In this document: piece after piece, positions 48,291-57,208 of the stretch
How positions within the stretch are numbered: the stretch's first letter is position 1
How the letters are laid out: each line of letters starts with the position of its first letter
Assembly: GCA_018303185.1 (NCBI GenBank)
Contig: JAGVYR010000001.1
Coordinates: forward strand, 8,461 to 72,460
Direction of reading: 5' to 3'
Length of the DNA: 64,000 nucleotides
From: Candidatus Woesearchaeota archaeon
Lineage (GTDB): Archaea; Nanobdellota; Nanobdellia; Woesearchaeales; GW2011-AR4
Notes under the pieces: generated by a model
What the model was told of the DNA's origin: nothing
Databases searched by the model: none
Seen by the model: only the letters and a program-made list of their open reading frames with translations
Made by a program: the position numbers and the translations under genes

Positions 48291-49127
48291 TTAGCTGAGT
48301 TCAACATAAAAGTAATAGGCTGTAGAGCTTGAAAAGCCGATGCCCGCATTCTCCGGAACAATCATCTGGAAGTCATACAGGTTTGAGTTGAATCCCTCGA
48401 TGTTTGCCTCAATCGGAGTCACATACACGACATTCCCGTTAGTGGTGTTTGTACCGTCATACATTATTATCTGGGTAAAGTTGGCATCATCGCTGTCTGA
48501 AAATGACTGCTCATTGTCATTCTGCCATGTCTGGAGCGTGAAGCACTGATTTTTTCCTACGACAATAGAGCCTATTGTGACTGATGAATGATTTGTCCTG
48601 TCAAAAGTTGCAGTTATGTTGTCATCCTGGTTTACATGCCCTAAGGCTGCATTCTCCCTTTCCTCTATCGTCCTGTTTGAAAGAGATGCCCTCAAAGCCC
48701 CTTCTGCAGCCCACGTGCAGTTTATCTGCGCCCATGTGACTGTTCCTGATGCCCTGGTAGAGTAAACTTCGCCTGCAATGCTCGTAAGGCTCCACTGGTA
48801 GAAAGTGTTGGTATTTGCGTCATCCAAGGCGAATGTGCCTGTCACGTTTCCGACATAAGCCTTCCATCTTGTGTTCTGCTGCCTTATGTCCATGGTCATT
48901 ATGAATATGTATCCGCCCGGGCTGCTTCCGTTGACTGTTGAGTTGACCTTGGTAGCTACCGTTGCATTTGGTGTGAGGTTTGCGGTAATATCAACAACTG
49001 GGCCGACAGGAAGTGAGTTTACGAAATGAGAAATGATGGCAAGCATTGCTACTATCGCCAGCAGGAATGCCAGCGTGTTAATTCCTCTTGCAGCTGATTT
49101 CAGCATCTGTGTGCGCATTTCAATCAC
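48291..49127 (-). CDS. secreted sequon-rich protein, FYVEL-terminus paralog family (member 1)
   Basis: Signal peptide, RWKAYVGNVTGTF and the C-terminus YYFYVELS. The start is uncertain and may be an internal Met, because of the 4-nt overlap with the upstream gene. Confidence 0.6.
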   Translation of the reverse strand: MIEMRTQMLKSAARGINTLAFLLAIVAMLAIISHFVNSLPVGPVVDITANLTPNATVATKVNSTVNGSSPGGYIFIMTMDIRQQNTRWKAYVGNVTGTFALDDANTNTFYQWSLTSIAGEVYSTRASGTVTWAQINCTWAAEGALRASLSNRTIEERENAALGHVNQDDNITATFDRTNHSSVTIGSIVVGKNQCFTLQTWQNDNEQSFSDSDDANFTQIIMYDGTNTTNGNVVYVTPIEANIEGFNSNLYDFQMIVPENAGIGFSSSTAYYFYVELS

Positions 49128-50230
49128 TTCAAAATCTCCAATTGCCTCAAGACGCTCTCCTTGAATTTGTACAGATCCTCTTTCCTTATGCGGCCTCCTG
49201 CGCTGTTCCTGTGGCCGCCGCCATTGGCACTGTCAAGGGTCTTAAGGGACCTCTCAAGAAGGTCATTAACCGCTACCTTGCTGTCCCTTCTCCTGACAGA
49301 AAGCTGTATGAAATCGCGCTTCATGTCCTGCGCTATTATGATTGTCCTGTTTGGGTATAAGCTGCTGATGGCTGAGCTTATAGCAGACTTTATCGCATAT
49401 CTTGGCTTTATGTAGTCGAAAATAAGCTCCTGCTTTGGATAGAACTCTGCAAGCTTCCTGACATTCCTTTTCCAGTAGCTTATCTCCTGCTGGATTGCCT
49501 TCCTGTATTTTGAAAGCCTTGAATTCACGACTTCCCTGCTGCTTTTCGCGCTGCAGAGTATGTCATAGCATTCACCTGCTTTCCTGAAGTCATATGCTTC
49601 TGTGAAAAAAAGCGTTTCTGTGGCTTTGCCTATTATCGTGCTGAATGCATCTTTCTTCGCCGGTATTTTATTTCGGGCAAATGTTTTTGACAGAAAATCC
49701 TTCCATGCATCCGCAGCATTGTCGCCTATGATGCCTATTGCAGCAATCCAATCTGATTCAGTTAAGTCAAAAAGCCTGCTTCCTAGGTCGAATGCGAGCT
49801 TCGCAGTGCAGTACTTTGAAGCCTCAACTTCTGAAGAAATCATCTGCGGCTTTATGTGCACAGTCTTCTTTGAATTAAGATTCCTGTAGAGCTTGTGATG
49901 GTCAAGTATCAGCATCTCTGCAAATTTTTCTGTATCCTGCACGTAGTCTGGATACTGGTCAAGGCTCAAATCTGCGATTATCAGCTTGCTTATCTTCTTT
50001 TTTTTCAGCCTGCTGAATGTCTCCTTCTTTATAGAAAGCTCGTCAGGGCCCTGGCTAAGCCTTAGGTCTATTCTTTTCCCGCGTGCTTTCTCAACAATCC
50101 TGTTGAGTATTGCCGCTGATGAAACGCCGTCAGGGTCTGTATGGTGCAGTATTGCAATCCTGTCTTCCTTTTTCAGCCCTCTGATGAAAGAGTCCAGCCT
50201 TTCGGCCAGCTCCCTGTTTTTTATTTCCAT
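49124..50230 (-). CDS. DHH/DHHA1 phosphoesterase (RecJ/NrnA-like)
   Basis: ILHHTDPDGVSSAAIL (DHH motif) and GGGHRNSAGG (DHHA1). The probable start is MEIKNREL, an internal Met of the longer ORF. Confidence 0.75.
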   Translation of the reverse strand: MEIKNRELAERLDSFIRGLKKEDRIAILHHTDPDGVSSAAILNRIVEKARGKRIDLRLSQGPDELSIKKETFSRLKKKKISKLIIADLSLDQYPDYVQDTEKFAEMLILDHHKLYRNLNSKKTVHIKPQMISSEVEASKYCTAKLAFDLGSRLFDLTESDWIAAIGIIGDNAADAWKDFLSKTFARNKIPAKKDAFSTIIGKATETLFFTEAYDFRKAGECYDILCSAKSSREVVNSRLSKYRKAIQQEISYWKRNVRKLAEFYPKQELIFDYIKPRYAIKSAISSAISSLYPNRTIIIAQDMKRDFIQLSVRRRDSKVAVNDLLERSLKTLDSANGGGHRNSAGGRIRKEDLYKFKESVLRQLEILK

Positions 50231-50234
50231 TTTC

Positions 50235-51032
50235 TTACTCCAGCTCCACGTAGAAATAGTACGGGGTAGCTGCGCCGTCATGGCCCTCGTGGCCGTTTTC
50301 AAGCACAAGCATCTGGAAGTCTGCTGTGTCAGCAGCCCCGGGCTTGTAGCTGTTTGCGTTCTGCCTTAGCAATGCTGTGAAGATGAGGCTGGAATTGTCG
50401 CTCAGCAGGAGCTCATTCCAGTTTGCGTCTGAAGCCTCATTTGTATATGAGTGGGCCAGTGAGCAGCCGTCTGCATTATTGATTGTGTTTGTTCCGACCT
50501 GAAATCCTTCAGTATCATTGTAAAAGCTTGTGAAGGTCTCATTCAGCCCGTCAGGGTCTGTGATGTTTATTCCGAAATTCATTTCAATTTGGGAGCCGTT
50601 TATGGAAGACACAATTCCTCCGGGCCTTATCGGCGTGCTTCCGTTTTGGGAAACATTTATGCAAAAGATTCTGGTCCATGTTACTGAGGAGCCATTGGAC
50701 GCATAGATTTCTCCTGAAGGATCCGGAAGGTTCCAGTCATATAGCGTAAAGTTGTCTGCATCATCCAAAGTTATTATGCCTGTTATGTTTCCAAGATAGC
50801 CTTGCCATGCCATCGTTACCCTTGTACCGTCAATTACAAGCTCAGTCACGTTGCCGGCTTCTGCCTGGACAGATATAGGATTTGTATTTGCAGGATTCCT
50901 TCCTGTGTTGGAAATGTTGATTACATTGGGCCCCTGAGGAGCAGCTAATGCCATTGATGCCAGCAAAGCAAGAACGCTTATCAGTATCAACGCCGCTGCA
51001 AGATTCCTCAAAGAGTCTTTGGTATGTTCCAT
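50235..51032 (-). CDS. secreted sequon-rich protein, FYVEL-terminus paralog family (member 2)
   Basis: Signal peptide ...ALA-AP, AWQGYLGNITGII and the C-terminus YYFYVELE. Confidence 0.6.
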   Translation of the reverse strand: MEHTKDSLRNLAAALILISVLALLASMALAAPQGPNVINISNTGRNPANTNPISVQAEAGNVTELVIDGTRVTMAWQGYLGNITGIITLDDADNFTLYDWNLPDPSGEIYASNGSSVTWTRIFCINVSQNGSTPIRPGGIVSSINGSQIEMNFGINITDPDGLNETFTSFYNDTEGFQVGTNTINNADGCSLAHSYTNEASDANWNELLLSDNSSLIFTALLRQNANSYKPGAADTADFQMLVLENGHEGHDGAATPYYFYVELE

Positions 51033-51180
51033 AAGGTTAGATAAGCGAAAAATTTATATATACTTAACGTACTTATTGTATATCAAATACGTTTAGTATG
51101 TACTTATGGAGTGAATAAATGGCTAAAAATGAGCAAGATTGAATCCATTTTATGGGATTAAGTGAGCAGACTCCTCTCGC

Positions 51181-51262
51181 TTACCCGTAGCGGCGTGCGG
51201 CGAGGCAGGGGACGCTCCCTGCGGGATGCCGAGCAGGTTTCGAAGAAACCGTCGCACCGCCA
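51181..51262 (+). repeat. GC-rich structured element R4, copy 2
   Basis: gcggcgtgcggcgaggcaggggacgctccctgcgggatgccgagcaggtttcgaagaaaccgtcgcaccgcc. It ends about 36 nt before the ATG of the PhoU-like gene and is immediately followed by AATATAAT. Confidence 0.5.
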
Positions 51263-51297
51263 ATATAATTAGACTATGAAAATACAAGAAACTTAAC

Positions 51298-52245
51298 ATG
51301 CAAACAAGAAAACTCGTGAAGGCAGGAGCAGCATCCCATACAGTCGCTCTTCCAAAGGATTGGCTGAAGAAAAACAATCTTGAGAAAGGAAATATAGTAT
51401 ATATAAGGGAGCTGGCAAGCAACGAGCTCCTTGTTTCTTCGCAGGAAGAGAGGAAGCAAAAAGAGGAGAAAGAGATAACAATAAGCCTTGAGGATAAAAA
51501 GCTCGACACGCTGCACAGGGAGCTTGCCTCTGCATACATTAACAACCATACGACTATCAATATTATAGGGAAAGAGCTCTACAGGAATGTAGTTGAGATA
51601 AGAAACATCCTCAATAATTTTGTCGCGCTTGAGATAACAGAGCAGACTTCAACAAAGATTGTTGCAAAAGACATGCTCAGCCTGAAGGAAGTCTCGATTG
51701 ACAAGACAATAAGGCGTGTTGACAACATAATAAGGTCTGTGCTGAAAGACGTGATGGAAAAAAGCGCTGACATGCAGGACAGCATCAATATGCGCGATTC
51801 CGATGTGAACAGGCTTTACTTCCTCCTCTTCAAGATTGCCAAGGGCGCTCTGATGGATCCTTCCATCTCGAAAGAAGTCGGAATTTCTTCACAGGTGGAT
51901 ATACTGTCCTATTGGTACCTCATACTAAACCTTGAAGCCATTGCAGACCATTCGAAGGATATATACAGTTCATACATCAGCCTTGGGAAGGATAAATCTT
52001 CAGAAGGCATAAATGCGGTCCTAAAGCTGATAGAAGAGTCATATCTTGAAGTCATGAAATCCTATTACGGGAATGACAAGATGGCAGCGGACAGGGTAGC
52101 ATCAAAGAGGATAGATATCTTCAACAGGTGCGAAGAGCTGTCAGAGAAGCAGGCAAGCATGCACGTCATCCGGATTGCGGAAAACCTGAAAGACATTGAG
52201 AACTCAATATGCAACATATCAAGGGTTGTGATGGATAAGGAGTAG
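51298..52245 (+). CDS. AbrB-PhoU fusion regulator (archaeal PhoU-like)
   Basis: The N-terminus TVALPKDWLKKNNLEKGNIVYI is an AbrB/SpoVT swapped hairpin. Two PhoU-like helical repeats follow. Confidence 0.75.
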   Translation: MQTRKLVKAGAASHTVALPKDWLKKNNLEKGNIVYIRELASNELLVSSQEERKQKEEKEITISLEDKKLDTLHRELASAYINNHTTINIIGKELYRNVVEIRNILNNFVALEITEQTSTKIVAKDMLSLKEVSIDKTIRRVDNIIRSVLKDVMEKSADMQDSINMRDSDVNRLYFLLFKIAKGALMDPSISKEVGISSQVDILSYWYLILNLEAIADHSKDIYSSYISLGKDKSSEGINAVLKLIEESYLEVMKSYYGNDKMAADRVASKRIDIFNRCEELSEKQASMHVIRIAENLKDIENSICNISRVVMDKE

Positions 52246-52411
52246 GAAGATGAATTCAAGATTAAGGTTAGCATCCTCTTTGCGAGGCTACGAAATTGGC
52301 ATATTAAGGGAGTTGAGGGGGACGCCCCCTACGGGGCTTCAACGATACTTCCAGAGCAACAGCAATAGCCGAGCCTGATGCTAACCGACGACAGCAGAAA
52401 AAAACAATAAA

Positions 52412-52564
52412 ACAAAACAATAACGAAAACCGAAATTATCCCTCTTAAAGGCAGAGATTTTTGCCGTTCGGTTTTCGGGATTGAAAATGCGAGGAAACCG
52501 CATTTCCGGCATGCCGAAAATCTTTGATTTTCGTGCATTCCACACTAAAGTGCAGGGGTTTTAG
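52412..52564 (+). repeat. repeat R2, copy B
   Basis: cgaaaaccgaa/ttcggttttcg inverted arms plus a 70-bp block nearly identical to 16782-16856. Confidence 0.5.
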
Positions 52565-52667
52565 GCCCAATGAAAATTCCTGCGAAATTTCCAATAACAA
52601 AAACAACAAAAGATACACCAAACAAATACAACAATAAATCAAAACAAAAAATCAAACAAATTCAAAA

Positions 52668-53732
52668 ATGCAGCAAAAAATAAAATCTCTCATTGAAAGC
52701 AGCAAGCTAGTCTTCAGGCAGTGCCAGCTAGAAACCGGCGCAATAGTAGCTGCAAACTCGGACTTGAATATCTATCCGAAGGACGTGCAGAACTACCGCT
52801 ATGTATGGCCAAGAGATGTTTCTTTCATTTTAGCAGCTGCAGATTTATTGAAAATAAAGGGAATGCACGAGCCTTTTTACAATTGGCTCATGGAACGCGC
52901 TGAAGATTTCTCAGAATCCGGGCTTCTTTTCCAGAATTACTATCCAAACGGGCCGAAGCGCTGGATGGGCTTCCAGCCTGACCAGAATGGCAGCGTGCTG
53001 TGGAGTATTCACAGTCATTGCAGAGATAATTTGGAAGATGCAAAAAAGCATGAGCCTTTGATAAGAAAACTTGCCGACGGCATTTTAAGCGTATGGAACG
53101 GCAGGCACTTCACCATAATCTCGCAGGACTTGTGGGAAGAAAACTATGCCTATCCGAAATTTGAGCAGAACCACACTTACGCGCTGGCAGCATGCTCCCA
53201 CGGCCTAAGGCTTGCAGATGAAATACTGAAAGAAGAAAAATACAGGAAAGCCTCGGAAGAGATGAAAAAAGCAATTGAAGGCTCATTTGACAGGTATTTT
53301 TTAAGGATGAATGGAAAATTGAAAGACAGGACAATAGACACTTCAATGCTTGGTCTTGCATATCCATTTCCAATATTTGACGCAGGAGACACAAGATTCA
53401 CTTCAACTCTTGACCTTATTGAAAAAAACAACACCGATTCCAACAGGGCATTCAGGTATCCCAATGATTTGTACGACGGCTTCAAGTACAGCGGCATTGA
53501 CGGAAGAAGGGGCTCGGGATTCTGGCCGCTCTTAAACTTCTGGCTTTCAATATGCTTTTCACTGAGGAATGACAGGAAAAAAGCATTAAACTACTATCTT
53601 GCTGCAGTTGATGAGGCAGAAGGCTGTTTCCCCGAGCAGATATTCACAAACGAAATCCAAAAATCCCCAAAGCCATTGGCATGGAGCCATGCAATGTTCA
53701 TATTAGCATCAGAGAAATTAGGGTTTATATAA
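52668..53732 (+). CDS. glycoside hydrolase family 15-like (glucoamylase/glucodextranase catalytic domain)
   Basis: YRYVWPRDVSF is the GH15 signature. Length is consistent with an (alpha/alpha)6 barrel. Confidence 0.7.
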   Translation: MQQKIKSLIESSKLVFRQCQLETGAIVAANSDLNIYPKDVQNYRYVWPRDVSFILAAADLLKIKGMHEPFYNWLMERAEDFSESGLLFQNYYPNGPKRWMGFQPDQNGSVLWSIHSHCRDNLEDAKKHEPLIRKLADGILSVWNGRHFTIISQDLWEENYAYPKFEQNHTYALAACSHGLRLADEILKEEKYRKASEEMKKAIEGSFDRYFLRMNGKLKDRTIDTSMLGLAYPFPIFDAGDTRFTSTLDLIEKNNTDSNRAFRYPNDLYDGFKYSGIDGRRGSGFWPLLNFWLSICFSLRNDRKKALNYYLAAVDEAEGCFPEQIFTNEIQKSPKPLAWSHAMFILASEKLGFI

Positions 53733-53740
53733 AATGGATA

Positions 53741-53832
53741 AAATAGTTTTGGCGTGGCGTGCTACGAGCCGGGGGACGCCCCATACGGGGTGGCGAGTAG
53801 GGCTTTTGCGAGGCAAAAGACCGTAGCACCGC
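53741..53832 (+). repeat. GC-rich structured element R4, copy 3 (divergent)
   Basis: ggcgtg...gggggacgccccatacgggg...ggcttttgcgaggcaaaagacc...gcaccgcc. An AAAAATATAAAAATATTA box follows directly and the GDE gene starts about 30 nt later. Confidence 0.45.
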
Positions 53833-53862
53833 CTAAAAATATAAAAATATTATCAAGCAACA

Positions 53863-55719
53863 ATGGTAAAGGCAATCCACCAGTTAAGCGGCGAAAGGAT
53901 AGAGAAAGACGTCGAAAAGGCAGATTTTATTCTCACAAGCGGCAATGGAAGCTACCTTTACCTTGGAGATTATCCTGAAAGCCGCTATCAGGGCTTTTTC
54001 ATATATGAGAACTCGGAGATGCTCAAGGTTCTTGAGCTGATATCCGTAAAGGGCGCAGCCCCGATAGACACTGTGAAAAACCTCTTCTATTCTGTCCAGA
54101 GGAAAAGAGGCATGCTGATAGAAACCTTCTTCCTTCCAAGAGGCAAAAGCTCCATGATGTACAGCCTCAACGAAAAGAGAGAGATAGAGATTTTCCTCGA
54201 TTTCAAAAAATCCTATGACAACAGGGTATGGGGCCTCTCCTACAGCACCTATGAGCAGGATGGCTGCATCATAATAGAATTCACAAAAGCGACAGACAGC
54301 AGGGAGGATGCCTCTTCAGGGCAGGAGGAATACAAGGCCTATCTTGCTATAAAGTCAGACACCGGAAAATTCTCATTAGCGGGAAATTGGATTAAGCATG
54401 ACTATAATCTGGATAAAACAAGAGGGTCAATACCGAATTCAAGGTTTGTATGCCATGCACTTAATATGGAAGGAAGCAAATTTTTTTTCTCAGCCTCGTT
54501 CAGCAAAGAAAAGGCAATAGGGGAATGCATCAGCATCTTTCAGAACAATGAATCAATATTAAAGGGAGATGAGCAGTCATTAGGGAGGATAATAGCTTCA
54601 AAAGATATAAATAGAATAAAAGACAGGGAAAAAAGGTACGCTTACATCTCATCGCTGCTCTCCCTAAGCTCATTGGTTGTAAAAGAAGAAAAGAGCGCAG
54701 GAATTTTTGCCGGGCTGCCGTGGTTTTTCCAGTTCTGGGCAAGGGATGCCGCAATATCGTGCCGCGGCTTGAAAAGCATAGACCTAAAATTGTCAAAAAA
54801 AATCCTTTTTGACATGCTTGGCACCATGAATAATGAGGGGCGCGTGCTTAACATATACAGCCTTTCGGATAAGGATGATTCAAATCAGGCAGCCGGCATA
54901 GCAAGCACCGCAGACGCGACAGGATGGATTTTCCTCAGGCTGTACTGGCTCTTCAGGGAAGGGAACCTCAATATTATAGAAAGGGCAAAGGCAAAAAAGC
55001 TGCTGCTTGATGCTATAAGGCTTTCCGAAGGCAGGATAAATGAGGAAGGGTTTGAAGCCAACAGGGAAAAAGAGACATGGATGGATACTTCAGATCCCGC
55101 AGGCAAAGACAGGAGGGAAGGCATAAGGATAGAGATTCAGGCTTTAAGGCTGATGATATACCGCTTCGCTTATGAATTGACAGGCATGCAGAAATTCCTT
55201 AAGTGGGAGGAGCTCATGAAAGAGAGGGTTTTGTCCGCATTCTATAAGGACGGGATGCTTGCAGACGGAGTTGGGGATTTTACAGTAAGGCCGAACATTT
55301 TCATAGCATATTACGCCTATCCGTGGCTGCTTGATGAAAGCCAGTGGAAGCTTGTTTTTGATTTGGCAATAAAAAAGCTGTGGCTTGACTGGGGCGGCTT
55401 TGCCACAATAGAGAAAGGCCATCCTCTTTTTCAGTGGAATTACACAGGGGAAAGCAATGCAAGCTACCACAGGGGAGACTCATGGTTTTGGGTAAATTGC
55501 CTTGCGGCTTTGTGCATGCTTAGGCTTGACAGCAAGAAATACTACAGGAATATACTTAAGGTAATGGAAGCGGGCACGCAGGAAATTCTCTGGATGGGCG
55601 CAATATCGCACCATTCCGAGGTAAGCTCTGCATCCTCGTTAAAGAGCGAGGGATGCATGATGCAGGCATGGAGCAGCGCCATGTTCCTGGAGCTTTTGCA
55701 GGAATTTTTTTCAGTCTAG
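53863..55719 (+). CDS. glycogen debranching enzyme (amylo-alpha-1,6-glucosidase, GH133/GDE_C)
   Basis: GLPWFFQFWARDAAIS and ETWMDT motifs, 618 aa. Confidence 0.8.
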   Translation: MVKAIHQLSGERIEKDVEKADFILTSGNGSYLYLGDYPESRYQGFFIYENSEMLKVLELISVKGAAPIDTVKNLFYSVQRKRGMLIETFFLPRGKSSMMYSLNEKREIEIFLDFKKSYDNRVWGLSYSTYEQDGCIIIEFTKATDSREDASSGQEEYKAYLAIKSDTGKFSLAGNWIKHDYNLDKTRGSIPNSRFVCHALNMEGSKFFFSASFSKEKAIGECISIFQNNESILKGDEQSLGRIIASKDINRIKDREKRYAYISSLLSLSSLVVKEEKSAGIFAGLPWFFQFWARDAAISCRGLKSIDLKLSKKILFDMLGTMNNEGRVLNIYSLSDKDDSNQAAGIASTADATGWIFLRLYWLFREGNLNIIERAKAKKLLLDAIRLSEGRINEEGFEANREKETWMDTSDPAGKDRREGIRIEIQALRLMIYRFAYELTGMQKFLKWEELMKERVLSAFYKDGMLADGVGDFTVRPNIFIAYYAYPWLLDESQWKLVFDLAIKKLWLDWGGFATIEKGHPLFQWNYTGESNASYHRGDSWFWVNCLAALCMLRLDSKKYYRNILKVMEAGTQEILWMGAISHHSEVSSASSLKSEGCMMQAWSSAMFLELLQEFFSV

Positions 55720-56094
55720 AAAAGCAGCCTTTATCCCGGAAGCGGTAAGTTTTTCAGATATCTCTTCATCTCCCCTGTAAACGAAAACTTTCTGCACTCC
55801 TAGGTTTTTTATCGCTTTTGAGATATAAGCAACGTCATCCGATTTCAGCCTTACAAGAGCGCCTTCATACTTTTTGGGAGCTTCATTGCCCTGAAACAGG
55901 GTCATTGAATCGTAGCTCTGCTCATCCAAAACTTCAAAATCAGGCGGAATAATGCGGGCTGTTGCAGTTACTGATTTCCCCGATTGCGTTTGCTGGTTAG
56001 GGCCGGATGAATCTGCAATAAAAAAAGAATCTGCATTGAAGGAAAATAATATTAAAAATGATATTAATATTGTCGCTGTCTTGATTACAACCAC
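55711..56094 (-). CDS. hypothetical secreted protein
   Basis: 127-aa ORF with an N-terminal hydrophobic segment. Confidence 0.35.
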   Translation of the reverse strand: MVVIKTATILISFLILFSFNADSFFIADSSGPNQQTQSGKSVTATARIIPPDFEVLDEQSYDSMTLFQGNEAPKKYEGALVRLKSDDVAYISKAIKNLGVQKVFVYRGDEEISEKLTASGIKAAFLD

Positions 56095-56109
56095 CCTTCT
56101 TTAAATGCC

Positions 56110-56445
56110 CTACCCAGTTACCGGAACTTTCTTGCCGTTGAACTCTGTAAGCTGCCCTTTCCTGTTGAATCTCATCGTGATATCGTTGCTCTTCTTCTCA
56201 CCGTCCTTCTCTGCAGAAACGTGCATGAAAACGATCCAGTCGCTTCCTTCCTTGACGCTCTCCATGCTTTCGACCTTAAAAGCGCCAAGATTCTCGGTTG
56301 AATTGCCGTCTCTTGAAAAAAACTGGACATTCTCCTGCACAACCTCTATCGCCATTGACTCAGCTTCTTCCTTTGAGACAGAAGCGCACCCCGCAATGAA
56401 AAGCAGGATAAGTGCAATTCCGGGAATTAGTTTATTTGGAGTCAT
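56110..56445 (-). CDS. hypothetical lipoprotein (PepSY-like?)
   Basis: Lipobox FIAGCAS, about 90 aa mature. Confidence 0.45.
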   Translation of the reverse strand: MTPNKLIPGIALILLFIAGCASVSKEEAESMAIEVVQENVQFFSRDGNSTENLGAFKVESMESVKEGSDWIVFMHVSAEKDGEKKSNDITMRFNRKGQLTEFNGKKVPVTG

Positions 56446-56719
56446 CTTCCTTTTTCATGAGCCTTCCCAAAACCGGCTCAAGCTTCGCCAAAAGCTTCTT
56501 TTTCGCAAGAGCTATTTTTGCTTTTCTTTCCCTGCTCTTCTTCTCCTTAAGCAGTATTTTCTGCATACGCTCATTGTAGCGCTTCATGAGCTTTTCCATT
56601 TCTGCATGGAATTTATTCTCTAACTCTTTCGGCTTTTTGCTGTTGCCCAAATCGTCTGAATATTTGTCCGCAATCTTCTGCTTCTCGTCATCATACCATA
56701 TCTCAAGGTCATCCGCGTC
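56432..56719 (-). CDS. hypothetical Lys-rich coiled-coil protein
   Basis: The probable start is the internal MDADDLE Met, immediately after the stop of a 52-aa upstream ORF. Confidence 0.35.
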   Translation of the reverse strand, partial: DADDLEIWYDDEKQKIADKYSDDLGNSKKPKELENKFHAEMEKLMKRYNERMQKILLKEKKSRERKAKIALAKKKLLAKLEPVLGRLMKKEDDSK

Positions 56720-56723
56720 CATA

Positions 56724-56882
56724 TCAGTCCTTGCCTTCTTTGGCAAGCCTCTTTACCTCGGCTTCAACCTCCTCTCCGGTAAGGATGCCTTCTTTCTCCA
56801 GAAGGCTTGTCATGGCCGCAAGCTTTTTTTCTATCATCCTTATATCGCCCATGTTCCTGAGTATTTGCTCATCTGCATCCAT
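56724..56882 (-). CDS. small hypothetical protein, about 52 aa
   Basis: I translated it by hand: MDADEQILRNMGDIRMIEKKLAAMTSLLEKEGILTGEEVEAEVKRLAKEGKD. It is not in the ORF track. Confidence 0.25.
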   Translation of the reverse strand: MDADEQILRNMGDIRMIEKKLAAMTSLLEKEGILTGEEVEAEVKRLAKEGKD

Positions 56883-56887
56883 CTAAA

Positions 56888-57208
56888 TCACCTGCAAAAG
56901 CATGTGCACTCATTGCACCCTATCTCAGCCTCTTCGAAATCAATTTTGCTGTAGCCCATATCCTCTGTAGAGCACTGCGACCTGCACCTTGACCTGCATT
57001 CATCCTGTGTCTCGATTGTGTGCGTAACCACATTTATGAAGCGCCCGCACTTGTCCTCAATCTCAAATTTCTTTTGCTCCTTTAACGGCAGAAGCAGGAA
57101 CAGTATAGCTATAACTGCAAGAGCCACTATTGCAAGAAACTTTTTATCCATTCTGCTGATAAAACCCTTAAGCATTCTTCCCATCCTTTTCAAATGCCAG
57201 ATATTCAT
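56888..57208 (-). CDS. small membrane-anchored Cys-rich protein
   Basis: A TM helix, then CGRF...CRSRCRSQC...CNECTCFC. Confidence 0.4.
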   Translation of the reverse strand: MNIWHLKRMGRMLKGFISRMDKKFLAIVALAVIAILFLLLPLKEQKKFEIEDKCGRFINVVTHTIETQDECRSRCRSQCSTEDMGYSKIDFEEAEIGCNECTCFCR

